Assembly (NCBI GenBank): GCA_900088475.1
Contig: FLMG01004602.1
Coordinates: 1 to 42,044 of the forward strand
Direction: 5' to 3'
DNA from: Hyphochytrium catenoides
Taxonomy: Eukaryota; Protista; Hyphochytriomycota
Length of the DNA: 42,044 nt
In this document: in pieces, positions 1 through 13,118 of the stretch
How positions within the stretch are numbered: position 1 is the first letter of the stretch
How the letters are laid out: every line of letters begins with the position of its first letter
Position numbers and translations under genes: made by a program
The notes under the pieces: generated by a model
What the model was told of the DNA's origin: nothing
Seen by the model: the letters and a program-made list of their open reading frames with translations, nothing else
Database searches by the model: none

Positions 1-159
1 AAAACATTTATGAAAGGAATTTCCAGTTCTTGGCCAGATCAGCTCGTATGTCGGGTAGAAAGCTCCAATGTAAGTGATCCTTGCTGCCAGCAGTCATCGT
101 TCCTCAACTTCCTTCTACCTGCTGTAACTGTTGTACAGGCTGGTGGTCAAGCCAAAACG

Positions 160-2285
160 AGCCCTAAAAAAGTAGTTCCGCCCTAACTTCCAGAGTCAAT
201 ATTGCGCCAATCGCGCTGAAACCTTGCAGTTCAAGTAGGTTCTTGTAGGCGTAAACTATCGTTTCCGTGTTGCAACAACCCTTGACTTTGCAACCCTTGA
301 CTTGCGACTGGTTGTGGGTGATTTTGAACTTTGCACGAGACCGACTTTTCATGAGTTTTAAAATTATAGAGCTCATAGTCCGAAATTAGATAGGTTGCAA
401 CACGACGAAATGGATTAAACGCATTGAGAGCCATCATCTGGCAAAGTTTGAGCCTCCTCCTCAAACTCCATCTGGTGCCTCCGGACCGAAGCTTCCAAGT
501 CCAGAAATCCTCGCTCAACGAGTAGGCCTCAGCTTTACTGCCTGGAAGTACGCAGCAATATGATGGTCTTTAGCGCGAAAGCCCGCAATCCGACGGTTTA
601 CTATTTATGATAAAGGGAAGAACAAGTGGCGCATATAATATATGGGTCAACAACTATTATCAGACGGACAAAAGGGGTTAAGGCGAAGTTCGAAACGAAG
701 ATACAGCTCTTGCTATGAGAGCCAGCAGTTGGAAGCTGAGGCCGCAACAATTCCTGCTTTCATCCGAAGACTTGACCCCAAGGCCCAGAGCCATCCTTCC
801 AAAGTTACCTATTTTGCTACTAAGCCATCCGGTCCAGAAAGGCACGGATACAAGCGTATGAAGGCAGAACTAGGTTGGAAGAAGCTCAACCCAACCTATT
901 GATGATGACCTGGCAGACCCACAACGATTTGAAAGAAGTAAAGAAAAAGTGTGAGGATCTCAACCGCAGAGTGCGACTTCGCCTTGATGCCCAGTTTGGT
1001 GGTCCTATGAGCTATCTGTCCAAACCATAGCGGGGTCTTATGCGCTATATGGTGGTAACTCGGTCCATAAGCCTTAATTAAGGACCATGCCAAGAAGCTT
1101 CTCTCAAAGGCAGAAGTATTGAGGAAGCATATCAAAGATGGCACCCAGCATCTGCTGTTGCTCATCTCAATAATAGAGGACGCAGAGCAAGAGGATCTGC
1201 AGCGATACTGCTGGAAGTTCTCCAAGGAGGCAGACCTTATAAGCGGATGGCAGTTATGAAGGGAATTTAAAGATGAAGAAACGACAGTCAGCCATCATTC
1301 ATGCTCTTAAGGAGACTATCAAGCCCAAGCAGCTCAGTAGGGTTACTCAACAATGCCATGCGGTGCATCTATTATTGACGGACGCTGTGTTGCAGGCAGA
1401 ACGCAAAGCAATTGCCGATGATGCAGCAGTTTCCGCGGCTTTCAAGCAACTGTTAACCCGTTCGAAGCAAGGTCTGGCAGAGTGGAGTATAGTAGGTGAA
1501 TTCCTGAAGACATATCAGCAACAGGATCGCATACCACCAGAACCTGGAGAAGCGTCTCCTGACAACTCGCTTCTAAGCCATTTTGCAAAACTTGTAGATA
1601 GTCAACCGTGTCGGCCTTAACGTCAGCTGTGGAAGGCTTTATGGAAGATATGCGAAGACGCTGGAAGAGGGAACTAATCATGAGTTTCTTTCTAGGAATG
1701 GATGAAGCCCTTAAGACGTTCGTCAGAGATAATGACCGGGTCACGATGGAAATGGCCAGGAGATTCTTGAATGACCACCGGATGGATCCTCTTCCAAATT
1801 CAACAAGAATATAAAGAAGATGACCGAGACATAGGGAAGATTCTCCGAGATCGGGGAATTAATGTTGAGAAAGGGATATCAGCTACTTGCTGATATGTCT
1901 TCTTCAAGAATTCACCTATTATACTCCACTCCAAGTCTGCCAGACCTTGCTTCCTACCACTGCTCACGCATGGATGATTAAGGCTGGGTGTAAGTACACT
2001 GAGGCAAAGGTCCTATTTATAATAGTCGACGTTAAGGCCGACACTCACGTCACGGTTGACTACAAGTTTTGCAAATGGCTTAGAAGCGGGTTGTCAGGAG
2101 ACGCTTCTCCAAAATAATTCATGAAAAGTCGGTCTCGTGCAAAGTTCAAAATCACCCACAACCAGTCGCATCAAGGGTTGCAACACGGAAACGATAGATA
2201 GTTTACGTCTACAAGAACCTAACTGCAAAGTTTCAGCGCGATTGGCGCAATATTGACTCTGGAAATAGGGCGGAACTTTAGGGCT
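160..2285. mobile_element. Degenerate TIR (DNA-transposon-like) element with long terminal inverted repeats and a decayed internal ORF
   Basis: 160-354 is the reverse complement of 2119-2285, with small indels (e.g. CAGAGTCAATATTGCGCCAATCGCGCTGAAA ... TTTGCACGAGACCGACTTTTCATGA). The interior carries + strand ORF fragments broken by stops and frameshifts. Confidence 0.85.
400..2117 (+). pseudogene. Decayed long ORF inside the TIR element, product unknown
   Basis: One frame runs ~400-902 with only two internal stops (TGA, TAA) and continues through shifted fragments (~900-1270, 1273-1620, 1608-1814, 1887-2117). No DDE, RT or integrase motif recognised. Confidence 0.55.
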
Positions 2286-2296
2286 GGTCATCAAGC

Positions 2297-2393
2297 CAAT
2301 AACAATGGTGGAGAAATCTGCAGTCTCTTCCGAGGGTGGAAGCCCTTCTTCTCCTTTTGAGTGCGGCCGCCGATTTCTCCACCATTGTTATTG
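2297..2393. repeat. 97 bp mini inverted-repeat element (MITE-like hairpin)
   Basis: Perfect 22 bp inverted repeat CAATAACAATGGTGGAGAAATC (2297-2318) / GATTTCTCCACCATTGTTATTG (2372-2393). Confidence 0.8.
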
Positions 2394-4275
2394 AAAACCG
2401 CTTCGTTTCCCTTCTTCTCAGTGCACTGCAGCCAGCGAGATTTCCCTACTTCCTAATAAATTGGCATGTTAGTTTGTCATAACCCTCAGTGTTGAGCTGT
2501 ACGAAGGCCGCATCTACCGTGAGTAAGACCTATGCTGCAAGCTATCTGTTTAGTTGCTGGCTATTAGGTCATGCGGATCAGCTCCTATCAAATTTAGGTA
2601 TAGAGGCAAAGAGAGCATTCCCCAAGCAAACAATGTGGTCAGCCCGGAGGAGACAAACTAATGCCAGGATGTGCACCATTCTCCCTCTGACATATGATGA
2701 TAACCTGACAACATCGAAAGCACCTTGAACGCCTCTTGATGATGATTGACAACAATACGACAAAATTCACATCATTGAAACAAAGACAACAACGATAGCC
2801 AGCCCAGTGCCCGGTGCATCTCTAGAAGTAGCACTATAGAAAAGAAGGGGGGAGGCCATAGTAATGAAGAAGAAAGAAGGGCAACTAAAGCATACATTGA
2901 ATTCCATATGCAAATAGCGCCCATGAAGCCGGCATAATGTGAGTCTCAAGATTGTAACTCGAGTCAAGCTTGCGTCTGACCCTCCGACCTTGATAAGTCG
3001 ATCAGAAATGAGCTCTAGAACTTCAGCTTCTAGCAACCACCTCGGAAAGCTCTGGAAGCAATTCTTTATACCAACTAGATAAGGAGACTCGACCGAGCCG
3101 TATGGTGCGGAATAATATTATTCTTCCTATAGGTCCATTAACCTATCCTCAATAACCATCCATACCCTCAAAGGAAGGCTAATAAGGGATCTTGTCACAA
3201 AGCTAAGAAGATAGCTAAAAGAAAGAGATGAGGTCTGACGATGATCAAGACCTGATGCATACCTCTAATGAACGAGCTCGATACCTCGTGATGCTCATAA
3301 TCCTCAACGCCGGACATCAACCTCTTCTTTCAGCTCGTCCTTTCTTCTGTTGCTGTCATCATACAAAGTCCTGAGCCTTCTAAGGAAGGCGACCCTATGC
3401 TTTGTGCAGTCCCTTTAGTTGGTAAGCATGGACTTCCTATAGCACTTCGAAGTATCTGTCTTGGTAATCATCGGACCCTTCCCTACGCTTGCCAGAGCCC
3501 TGCTGGTGGCTGCGGCCGCCGGTGGTCGGTTGTCTGCTGGGCCTTCTTCTGCCTTGAGATGATGGATCGATGAGCTCATCAGTCATCAGGCAGTCCATAG
3601 TTAATTTTCTGACACACAAGACAAGTAAGGAGGAAGTGTCCGTTGAGACCTCCTCCTGGAGCAATGGAGGTGTCAGTTGTGATGGCTTCTTGTTGATTGG
3701 ACCGTCGCACCATCATGCCACTTGCCTGCTGTCCTCTCTCTCCTCTCTCCTCTCTTGGCTCTCAGCTTCGTCTCTCACTCTTTGGCTCTTCGTCTATCTT
3801 CTGCACGTCCGGCTCGCAACTTCTATGGTCTTTGGTCTCTGGGGATGCGTGGGAACCGCTGCAGCTTCTTCCGCATCCATCATAGACCTTGATGTGCATT
3901 GATCATAGTAATTGTACTACGATACCGCACCGTGGCTGGCCTAGCCAGTCTTTCTATAAGCCGTCATCTTGTGTGCCCGGCCGCCTCGGGAGCACGAAGC
4001 TTCTCCTCGCCGTCAGCAGTGCTCCCGCTCTCCCGCCCCCCTAGACGAAGATAGCTATACTTTGGCTCTTTACTCTTCTCAAGGGCTCTTTTTGTTTGCT
4101 TGGTACCGTTTAACTTGTGGAGCTGATTCGGACATCCTACTGCGAACCTGGGACTTAAGGGGAGGAGGAGGAGGGATTAACCCCTGATAGAGCCACCACA
4201 GCAGCGTCATTATCAACCGACAGGAGATTGGGCGACGACTCAGGTCGGTGCACCAACTAAGGAGGAGCCATAGAC

Positions 4276-7200
4276 ATGGCGCCAAAGCGTACTACGAAGG
4301 CTCCTCAGCGAACGCTAAGAGGGCGAGGAAAGAAGAGAGCCCTTCGCAAAGTCATCCGTCCTGTGCAGCGGTACGTAGAAGAAGGGATTCATCACACGTC
4401 CACGAAGACCAAGAAAGGGAAGAAGCCAGGAAAGAAGGGCCCGCGCTCTCTCCAGAGTTCGACACCCGGTCAAGGCGAGATCTGGAGGCGCTTCCGATCG
4501 CGTGTTAAAGGGCAAGTAAGTGACGGAAGAGGTTCGCATCTGCGGTTCGTTAGAGCTCTTTGCGGCTCGTTCCGCTCACCATCCTCAAGACCATCTGGCT
4601 TTCTCTTTGCCGTACATGTGACCCATCGTCCTTCTTCTCATGGAGCTTCCAGGATCTCTGCCTGCTCCTCTCACTCTAACCGCGGCATCTGCTAAACGAC
4701 CTTGTACTATCCCTTCGTAGTTGACTCGGGTTCGCTACTACAATGCTTTCTTGGATGCGTATACTGCGTCAGGGTGGAAGCCTACACCTGAGAAGAGGCT
4801 AAGGCCTGAGGAGGAACTCAGAAAAGTTAGGGAGAAGGTTCATCGATCCAAGGTAGGCCCTGCCCTTAGTAATAGGGACAAGGGAGGGTTTGACTAGATG
4901 CGAAGCACAGCACTCTTCATTCCAATGGTGATGCTGTTAAGAGAAATAACAACAGGCTCGTCAACCCGAATGGCGCCTATACTTCGCCACCAAGATAGTA
5001 GAAAACCCCTAGAGTAACGAGAGACATCAGGTGTCGACAACGGAAGAAAGACAGAGTGTGGGTGACCGGTAGACGGAAGAGGAAGGGAGAAAGACGAATG
5101 CTACATGCCCTGACACACTTTGGCAGGTCTTACTTCGACGGATCTTGCATGAGCTTGAGGAAGCCTACAAGGACGACAAGGAAGTGGATTGCATAGTCAA
5201 CGCAGATGAGACTGGCGTGGACGTCAGTCTACTTTTTTGCTCTCGGTAAGAGTGCTGACATTGGACCTCGTAGCGCGGCTCCTTCCCCAAGGTGACCTTT
5301 CCCTGACCCGTTCCTTCCGTCTCCACGCTTGTGGGTTGCTTTCCTTCTTCGTGAAGCTGCTTAGGGAACACAGAGACAGAAGAGAACGACATCATAATGT
5401 GCGATAGAAAGGGGTGCAACAGGTATGATAGAACCGAGGCCTTTGCTACGTAACTTTCGCGCCGACACTGTCTTCTGCTAGATTCCGAATGGTTCATGAC
5501 TCATGGACTATTTTCTGACCACATTCTCCCTTTCTTTTCTTCTCTTCCTCCGTGGCACGTGGCATCAACTAGGTCCTATCACCAACTGTGCCTGGATCCT
5601 CCACTGAGGTCTGAGGACATTCCTCCAGAAGAGGAAGACTGGTTCTGCCCCAAGTGTGACTGCATTGTGGATTGCCTTGGGGACATCAACCATGACTTTG
5701 GAACACGGTTCTCGAGAGCCGCAGAGGTACCTCTTCCACCTTTTCTCTCGTGTCCTGTTCAAGTCCATTTGTGGCTATCACGCTTTATCGTTGGTCTTTA
5801 TTCTACCGCAATGGACTCAAGTGGTGGTAATCTAATAGTTGTCCGATAGGTCTTTCCTGAGGCAGCGGTACCTCATGCCGCAGCTAGTGAGGAGGAGGCA
5901 ACAATATCAGAGGAAGAAGAGTCAGAAGATGAGGATTTCAACCCTGCGGAGTGCCGGATGGAGCTTGAGGTCGGTCTGCTCCTTGGTGGTCTTAGCTTTT
6001 AAGGCGAACCCGTTACCTCTTCCGCTGCCAGATACGGTCAACTATCGTTTCTGAACTGCAATGCGTGACTGCAGGGCTCGACATCTGGAGAGTCAAGCGG
6101 GCTAGAGGACGAGGACGCTGTTCTTTCGCTACCTAGCGACGTTGCTCTTTCTGACTTGGAAGCATCATTCTTCAAAAGGTGGGTTAAAGAGTGGCCGGAA
6201 CATCCCTCCATTCATGAAAGATAGAACCCAGGGCTAACGCCTAGTTGTCATTATAGGCGGACGAGGTCATTGAAGAGTCAGGAGAGTCGAAAGCCTAGTG
6301 TAAAGGTTAGTGTCAGTCGCGTACTGGACGACGTTCCTATCTCACTTTTTTCCCAACTGGTATCCCCGTGTCATTTATACTTCGTAACATCCTCCCTATG
6401 GACTGATAGCCAGGAAAGGGCAAGAAGAGAAAACTGAGGCTTTCCTTTAAGGGCGGTAGGATAGGCAACGACGAGTCAGAGGACAGTAGTGCATCAGAGG
6501 TACTGGGAAGCTATCCACATTTTTGTCTGGTCAAGTCTACGTACCACCATTTGGCTTATTGTATGAAGCTCTGCATCTGCCTAGGCCGCTGTACGCGTAC
6601 ACCTACCAGCCAAGTCTATGTCTTAGAGAGCTAGCGTTAGCCCTCTTTCACTCTTTTTTGGTCAACAACTGTAACCTAACTCCTGTCTTGGCAGGGTTCG
6701 GAGACACTAATAGTTGAGGGCAAACGAAGGCGTACACAGGTGGACTATAGGAAACTGAACGAGATACTCTTCGGAGGCGAAGCGGATCCTGATGAGAAGA
6801 ACGAAAAGGTCAGGGCTATCACTCGTGGCTCTCTCATTGTTCCAGCCGCTGCTATGACGGCAATGGTTTTGACCTCGAGCGGTAAAGCGCTCCAACGGGA
6901 TAGACTAGCCTCCTTTAATCAGATCCCGCATAACGCTAGAGTGCCTTTATTGTCCTCTTTGGTGGCTGACAGCTCCGTTCAAGCTCTGAGCACACTCACT
7001 CACGCTGCTGCAGCTTCCCGTCAGAGTTTAACCATCGCCTCCGCTGCACTCGGCTCCTTGTAAATTCGGCTCTATGTTTTAGGACTGGAAGCTAGGTGAT
7101 GACCTTGAGGAGGAGGGTACAGGAAACAGAGAGTCCAACGGCATCAGCGCAGCACGATCATTAGTTGCTATGGCTCGTGGCAAGAGCAAAGAGGACCCAA

Positions 7201-7832
7201 CGGCGCACGTAAAACAGGAGAAGACGAGCCTAGACAGGGGACAAATGAAGGGGCATGATAGTGCTGGTATTCGAGGCAAGAAGAACACGAAGGCCTACTC
7301 AGTCAAAGAAACGAAGAAAGCGCAGTTAGTTAGCAAGAAAGGTAGTGCTGCTAAGGAGAAGCAGCAGGGTAGAAGCCGTCGTGTCAAAACGATCAAGAAA
7401 CAGAATATGGAGCCTGTCTCAGGTGAAATGGGGAAACGAAAGGAGGATACAAATGGAAGAAAGAAGCAGCTAGATGAGAAAGAGAAGAAGCCCAAGAAGA
7501 TGAGGACGCAAAGTGAAGGAAGAAAGAAGACAGAGGAGCCATCGCAAAGAACTAATCCTTTGACTGTCTTTGACCAAGAGCCTAAAGCTCCTGCACCTGT
7601 CACACGCAGAAAGAGTACTGGGAGTCAAAATAGAACAGAAAGCGCAACCATTTTAAGCACTCCTCCTCCGCGACTTCGGAGGAGATCCTCTTTGGCTTCT
7701 CAGGTCCTCCTTTCCCCTTGCTACAACTTTCCGTTTATGGAAGGCCTACAGTTCTACTACCCATTGGCCTATGGCAACTCCCAGCCACCGCCTACCAGCT
7801 TAGGAGGTAACGGAAGGACTGCTTTTGTCTAG
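4276..7832 (+). CDS. PHD-finger chromatin protein, PRH/HAT3.1-like (about 11 exons)
   Basis: The spliced protein has FLDAYTASGW...RLRPEEEL, a C4HC3 PHD (FCSRC...IIMCDRKGCNRSYHQLCLDPPL...WFCPKC), VFPEAA, an acidic tract, KRRRTQVDYRKLNEILFG and a Lys-rich tail. Approximate exons: 4276-4515, 4721-4852, 5127-5245, 5357-5422, 5573-5727, 5850-5969, 6075-6178, 6257-6305, 6452-6499, 6695-6808, 7083-7832. Confidence 0.85.
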
Positions 7833-8205
7833 AACTCTGCGCTGCCCTGACAAAAGCCAAAAGGCCGATGCGGCTGATAGGCAATAGATCCAATTGTAGA
7901 CCCGGGTGCCACTCTCGGTAGGAAGACTGGAGTAAGCCCTTCTTAACTTAATATACCAATAGCAAGGTTGTCAGTGTCACGCTCTAGATGCCTCTTCGTC
8001 GGCCGGTGAAGGGGTCAACCCCGCCGTGCTGTACAAACTCTGCCGCTTACTGACGTGCATAAAGCAGCCAGTTGGCTCCTCAAAGTCCTTCTTGATCTTG
8101 TCCTCTCTACCTCTCTCGTCTCTCTCTCGGATAGATTGTATTCATTTATCCGTTATTACACGGCCGTACAAGTTCCACCATGGCTCCAATCACTCTTGCG
8201 GTCCT

Positions 8206-11200
8206 TTAGGCTTGGCCCTCCTGTGTCGGCTTCAGACTTTTTCCACTTGCCCTCCTCTTACTGGCTCTAGCTGCTAGCTTGTCGATTTCATCAAACTGTC
8301 GTTGCCACTTCACGTTGTATAGGAACTGACGCAGATCAAACCTAATGATTAAGACCCAGAAAGGTCATGGTGAACAGGACGAGGAAGACTGCGTAAGTCG
8401 AATGGCCATTCTAACCGGGAACAGACGCTAGATCTGGGACAGCGTTTAACAAACACAAAAGACGGCAGCCAGGTACAGAAAGAGCCAAACGCTTCCGTCA
8501 TACTGAATTGTGTGGGAAGGTTTCACTTCTAGCGACGAGCTTGCGGTTCGCTCTTTACCTGTTGTCGTCTGGGGAATACTCTTCGGCGTGGTATGAGGGA
8601 GTTAAGGTAGTCATTTTGTGCCGGTTCACTGAGTAATAATAGAAGAACCGCTTCACCTATTTCGATTGATGAAGAGAGATTAGACCAAGGATATAGTGGC
8701 CAGGGGATAACAAGTCAAGGACAGTATGAGAAGAGAGACAGTGCCGGGAAAGATAGGAAACAGAAAGGCCCAGACAGCTGCAGCAGCTTTGCCTTACTCT
8801 CCGGTGTCACCGTCGTCGCTTAAATTCCTCTTCCATTGCCCCGCTTATGATGATAAGCTTACCTTTACTGCCACCTCTTCTGGTTCAAGGTGGTTCCACT
8901 CCCCCAGCAACTTCTGATACATTGTCACGGGGCCGCATCGCTTCATCTTGCGGAGCCGACCGAAGACTCCCAACTCCGCATAGCTCATTCCCATCTCATC
9001 CTCATCTAGCTGAGAGTGCTCAACCTCAGAATTATGCCTAATGAATAGCCAAAAGCAAAAGAGTAAGATGGTGATGAGGGTACAATAAGAGAGAAGGTAG
9101 CCAAGACAACTCCAAGGCCTCCACGGCCCCTTCAGGGTGGATGATACTCGTCTGCTACCCCCGCGAAACATCTCCATCAACCCAACGTTCATGGATTGCA
9201 GGCTTGACAAGCTTGTTCTATATCGCTCAATGTCTTACTTGGAGTCCCCGATTTGTGGTCTAAGCTCTGCCGTGGGAGGTGCAGCCTCCACCTCTAGAAG
9301 CGTAGGGTAGTTAAACTTTTTCCCGCACCACTTCAGAAAGCGCTTGAGATCCCCCTTCAGCAAAAGAGTCATGGAGGGAACCAAATGTGGAGAGAGTGTA
9401 AGTCAAACTGCTTAAGGCATGGACAGTCCGCAGTGGCTAGATGCCTGCCTCATGCAATCTCAAATACATCTGCCCTCGTCCCCACTTCGTTCTCTCCGTC
9501 TCTCCTACCTTACTGATGGCACCGATTGGATTGAGATCTCCGCTACTGCAGTCATACTTGGTCATGTACCTGGTAGGACAGCGTGACACTAAGATTGACT
9601 GATCATAGGACCAAATAGATAAAGAGGGACATTCTGAAATGAGAAACTGCTCACCCTCTCAAGGCTTCATCAACATTGGCTGAACTGAGAACAAGCAAGA
9701 AGCCCCTCTTTCCTCTCACCCAGGGAAGGAGTTGAGCAAGAAGAAAGGATACCACCATCCTCAGTCGGGCCTAAGAGGAAAAGTAGATAAGATCTCGTGT
9801 TATGCAATGAGTCAAACCAGACTAAAGAAACGGGGCTGGCAGATAGTGAGACCCAAAATACGTTGTCTGCCCAGGAGGTAGCCATAAGATAAGCAGTGTT
9901 AGAATTGAGCAGGATAACAGGGTTGGACTGGAGGTGAAGTGGACTAATAGATGCGCGTGGTATGAAGGTATTCACCTGGATATTCTGAAGAGCGAGGTCT
10001 TCTGTCATGGTACCGCCTTGAATGGCAAAGTTTGGCAGCTTGCCTGGAAGAGGAAGAATAGTAAGCGAAAAAGCCCTTCAGGCCTAGGTACGGACTACTT
10101 CATCTGACTCTAAGAACCGTTATTTCTTCTCCTCCCTCATCTTCTACCTCTCAAGGTAATCTAGTTTGTCTAGCTCCTTACGCTTCTTAGTACCCTTCAG
10201 TGGTCCCTCTGCGTACCTGTTACCAGAGAGAACACGCCTAAAATTGCCTGGACGATAGCATCGATCTTGAAAGTGAGGTGATAGGCTCCTATCTGTTTCC
10301 CAATAGAGCAAGGGCAAAGAAGGAACATAAATGGGTGGCAAGAGCATGGACTAGCAAAGAGGACCATACGGGACGGCACCAACGGTTAATGAGGCTCTGA
10401 CACCAACGGTTAATGAGGCTCTGACCCTCGAGCAGACTATCTTAAGACTGCTAGAAACGAACACTATAACGGCGCAAAATAGAGTGAACAGATTGCCTGG
10501 AGCAACGGCGGGAGAGGAGCAGCCGCGATCTACAGCTTTATAGGGGTGCCGCGCTTTACCTCCTTCGCTGTCTTCTTTGCACGATTCTCGGTAGCGGCAG
10601 AGCTATTTTCTGTCCCCAGATAGGCTGTATGAAGGATCCGACTGGCAAGTTCTACGGGGTCGGAAGGCACATAGGAGCTATCTGCAGAACGAATTGCCGA
10701 AAGGAAGTTAGAGAAAAGACAGACGAAAGAAGACTCACTAGCTGAGAAAGAAAGCTAGAATTGGAAGTGAGAGGGAGGTTGCAGGATAAAATCATCATAG
10801 TGTCATCTGACCTTCGGGCTCGCCAGTCACTCTTCTGGCATCTTTGATAGTCTGCATATTACCCTGACGACCGTAGCAAGCTGAGGTAAGGCTTCCTAGG
10901 ATCTGAAGTGTGGGTTAGACAGTAGGTTCTCCTACCTTCCGCGCCGACTCACAAACGAGGTTGCACATGACGCCCACAAGTGCGGCGACACTCGAAGAGT
11001 CTGCTCCTCCTGACAGAGGAAGGAAGAAGCCAGAGGCACCTACCAAGAATTAAAGGGCAAGCGAGAGTTGAGCTGTTAAATCAAGGATGTCAACGGCACA
11101 ACACAGAGCAAAGCAAACTCTGGAGGAAAGGGCAGCAGGAGCAATATGCCCATCCTGCCCTAGCAAAAGAGCCAAGCCAGCTTCTACTTTGCCACCTTCA

Positions 11201-13118
11201 CCTCTTCTCCTGCCGTTTCGCACCTGATCTTCTTAGATAGTCCCATAGCCAGCACGCAGGACCATAACCGATCTCTTCTTCAGGCATGTGATATTTCACC
11301 TCCATTGGAGGATTGGGCTGAAGCGTCCCATCGTCCTCCGGCAGGGAGAGGGAGAAGTTCAACTCTACGTGAGGAACTGCAGAGGCCTTCTGAGCGGCCT
11401 GCAAGTAAGAGAGGGATCACAAAGTCGTTAAGTGGCCGCCTAGTAGCGCTCGTCAAGTCGAATACTGAGATGGAAAGGAGAGAACCAGGAGAACGAAGAC
11501 AGATCGCTGTAATGAGTTATAAATGAGAGAAAGCCAAGAACCATCCTCATGTGGCGCCCTGTGCGGTTCATAGCTCTATGTGTCAATTCTCTCCATCTCT
11601 GTCGTCATAATCTGACCTGTCTGCTGCGGCTGCTAAATGCTCCTCGGAATGACCTGACGTCACCTAGATCCACGGTAGCGGTAATAACCTCAACATCTGC
11701 CACCGAGAACTGAGCACCCTGCGCTACGACCTTCCCATTCACCACGATCACCGCACATCCATCATAATAGAGTCGACCACCGTCGCAACCCTAGGTTATG
11801 AGGGTAACAGAAGCGCATGGGGATGGAAAAGGCGATAGGGAGGGTAACTTAGCGAATAGAATAAGACTGAGGAGGAAACGTCTGATGATAATATTCTGAC
11901 CGCCCGGGGTCAGGTTAGCGAATCGGCTGTGGTTCTCTCGCCCCTCCTTGTCTCTCACACTCTATCGTGCATGCAATCTCATTTTCACCCTCTTTAGAAG
12001 GGTTGTCCTGGATAATGGTCAGCTCAGAAGTACCTGCTGATTGGCATAAAGATAGACTCCTCCACTCTTGGCCATAGCGCTCCGCATAAGTTCAACCCTG
12101 GTGTGCAGTTTCCGCAACTGATGGTGAGAGCCACTACCATTGCCAAAGATTTCAACGCCCGCAAGCCCTATCAGGTCATTCACAGTGGTAAGCATAGCCA
12201 ACTATAGAAGATGTGCCCTAAGCAGAGCGTGTAAGAGTGGGAAGAGCTGTGACATACCTAGGTCGATGTGTGGGCTTGCAGGCGTGAACAATTCCTCGCA
12301 GGTCTCAGGAGCGAATATAGTGTCGTTCAAGTGCAGTGCGCCCCAGCCAAAGGGAACCGTTCTCTGGCCAGTGACTTCTCTTATCATGGGGTCAAGAGTG
12401 TGCTCTTGAAGGCTGTAGTCAGGCCTCTAAAATCCAGAATATGAGTGCGTTAGCTATTCTCGGAAGGTAAGCTCAGCAAAGAACCAAGAGGGTATGCCAA
12501 AGAGATGTACGCAAGAGGGAATATGCATGTCTTGTATGTAGATTAGCGCTTGGAGCGGAGAGCTCGAACTGCCGAGGAGCTAGATGTGCGAAGCCTTACC
12601 ATCTCTTTCCAGGGTGTGAACCAGCGCGTCTCCCTATAATTGCCGTCATCAGCCATATAGAGCTGGCAGTAGGTTCAGATTATGTGTGATCTTCTGGATT
12701 GTGTGGACGGCAAACCCACCTTAGGACGAATCCAGACAACTTTGCGGTTGCAGCATAGCACTCTGCAGTTATATCTAACTCCATTGTGGAAAACTGGCAT
12801 CCCAATGTCGCAGAGGATGTCGTCGGTCAAATCACCGCTGAGTATCACTGCAAGGGACTGCCAGCAGTGAAGAAAGGTGTCCTAATGGCGACGAATTAGG
12901 TGGAACGCAGCGATGAGACACCGCGATATAGAATTTACCTGTTCTAGGAAGTGATCCTCACATCCATAGCCACAAAGCTCAAGTTCAGGACCCAGCCGGT
13001 ATTTCGCGCCTTTCTTCTTCGCTTCCTTGATGGACAGTACGACGCGCTCAAGATTGCCATCAAAGTCAAGGGCCCATTGATTGAGGTTGCATGTAGCGAG
13101 CGTCACCAGACGAGACAT
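8206..13118 (-). CDS. NADSYN1: Glutamine-dependent NAD(+) synthetase (about 18 exons)
   Basis: Nitrilase-fold N-domain [37 protein letters not shown]; synthetase motifs [77 protein letters not shown]. The last few codons are less certain. Confidence 0.97.
10377..10424. repeat. Exact 24 bp tandem duplication inside a NADSYN1 intron
   Basis: CACCAACGGTTAATGAGGCTCTGA x2. Confidence 0.95.
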
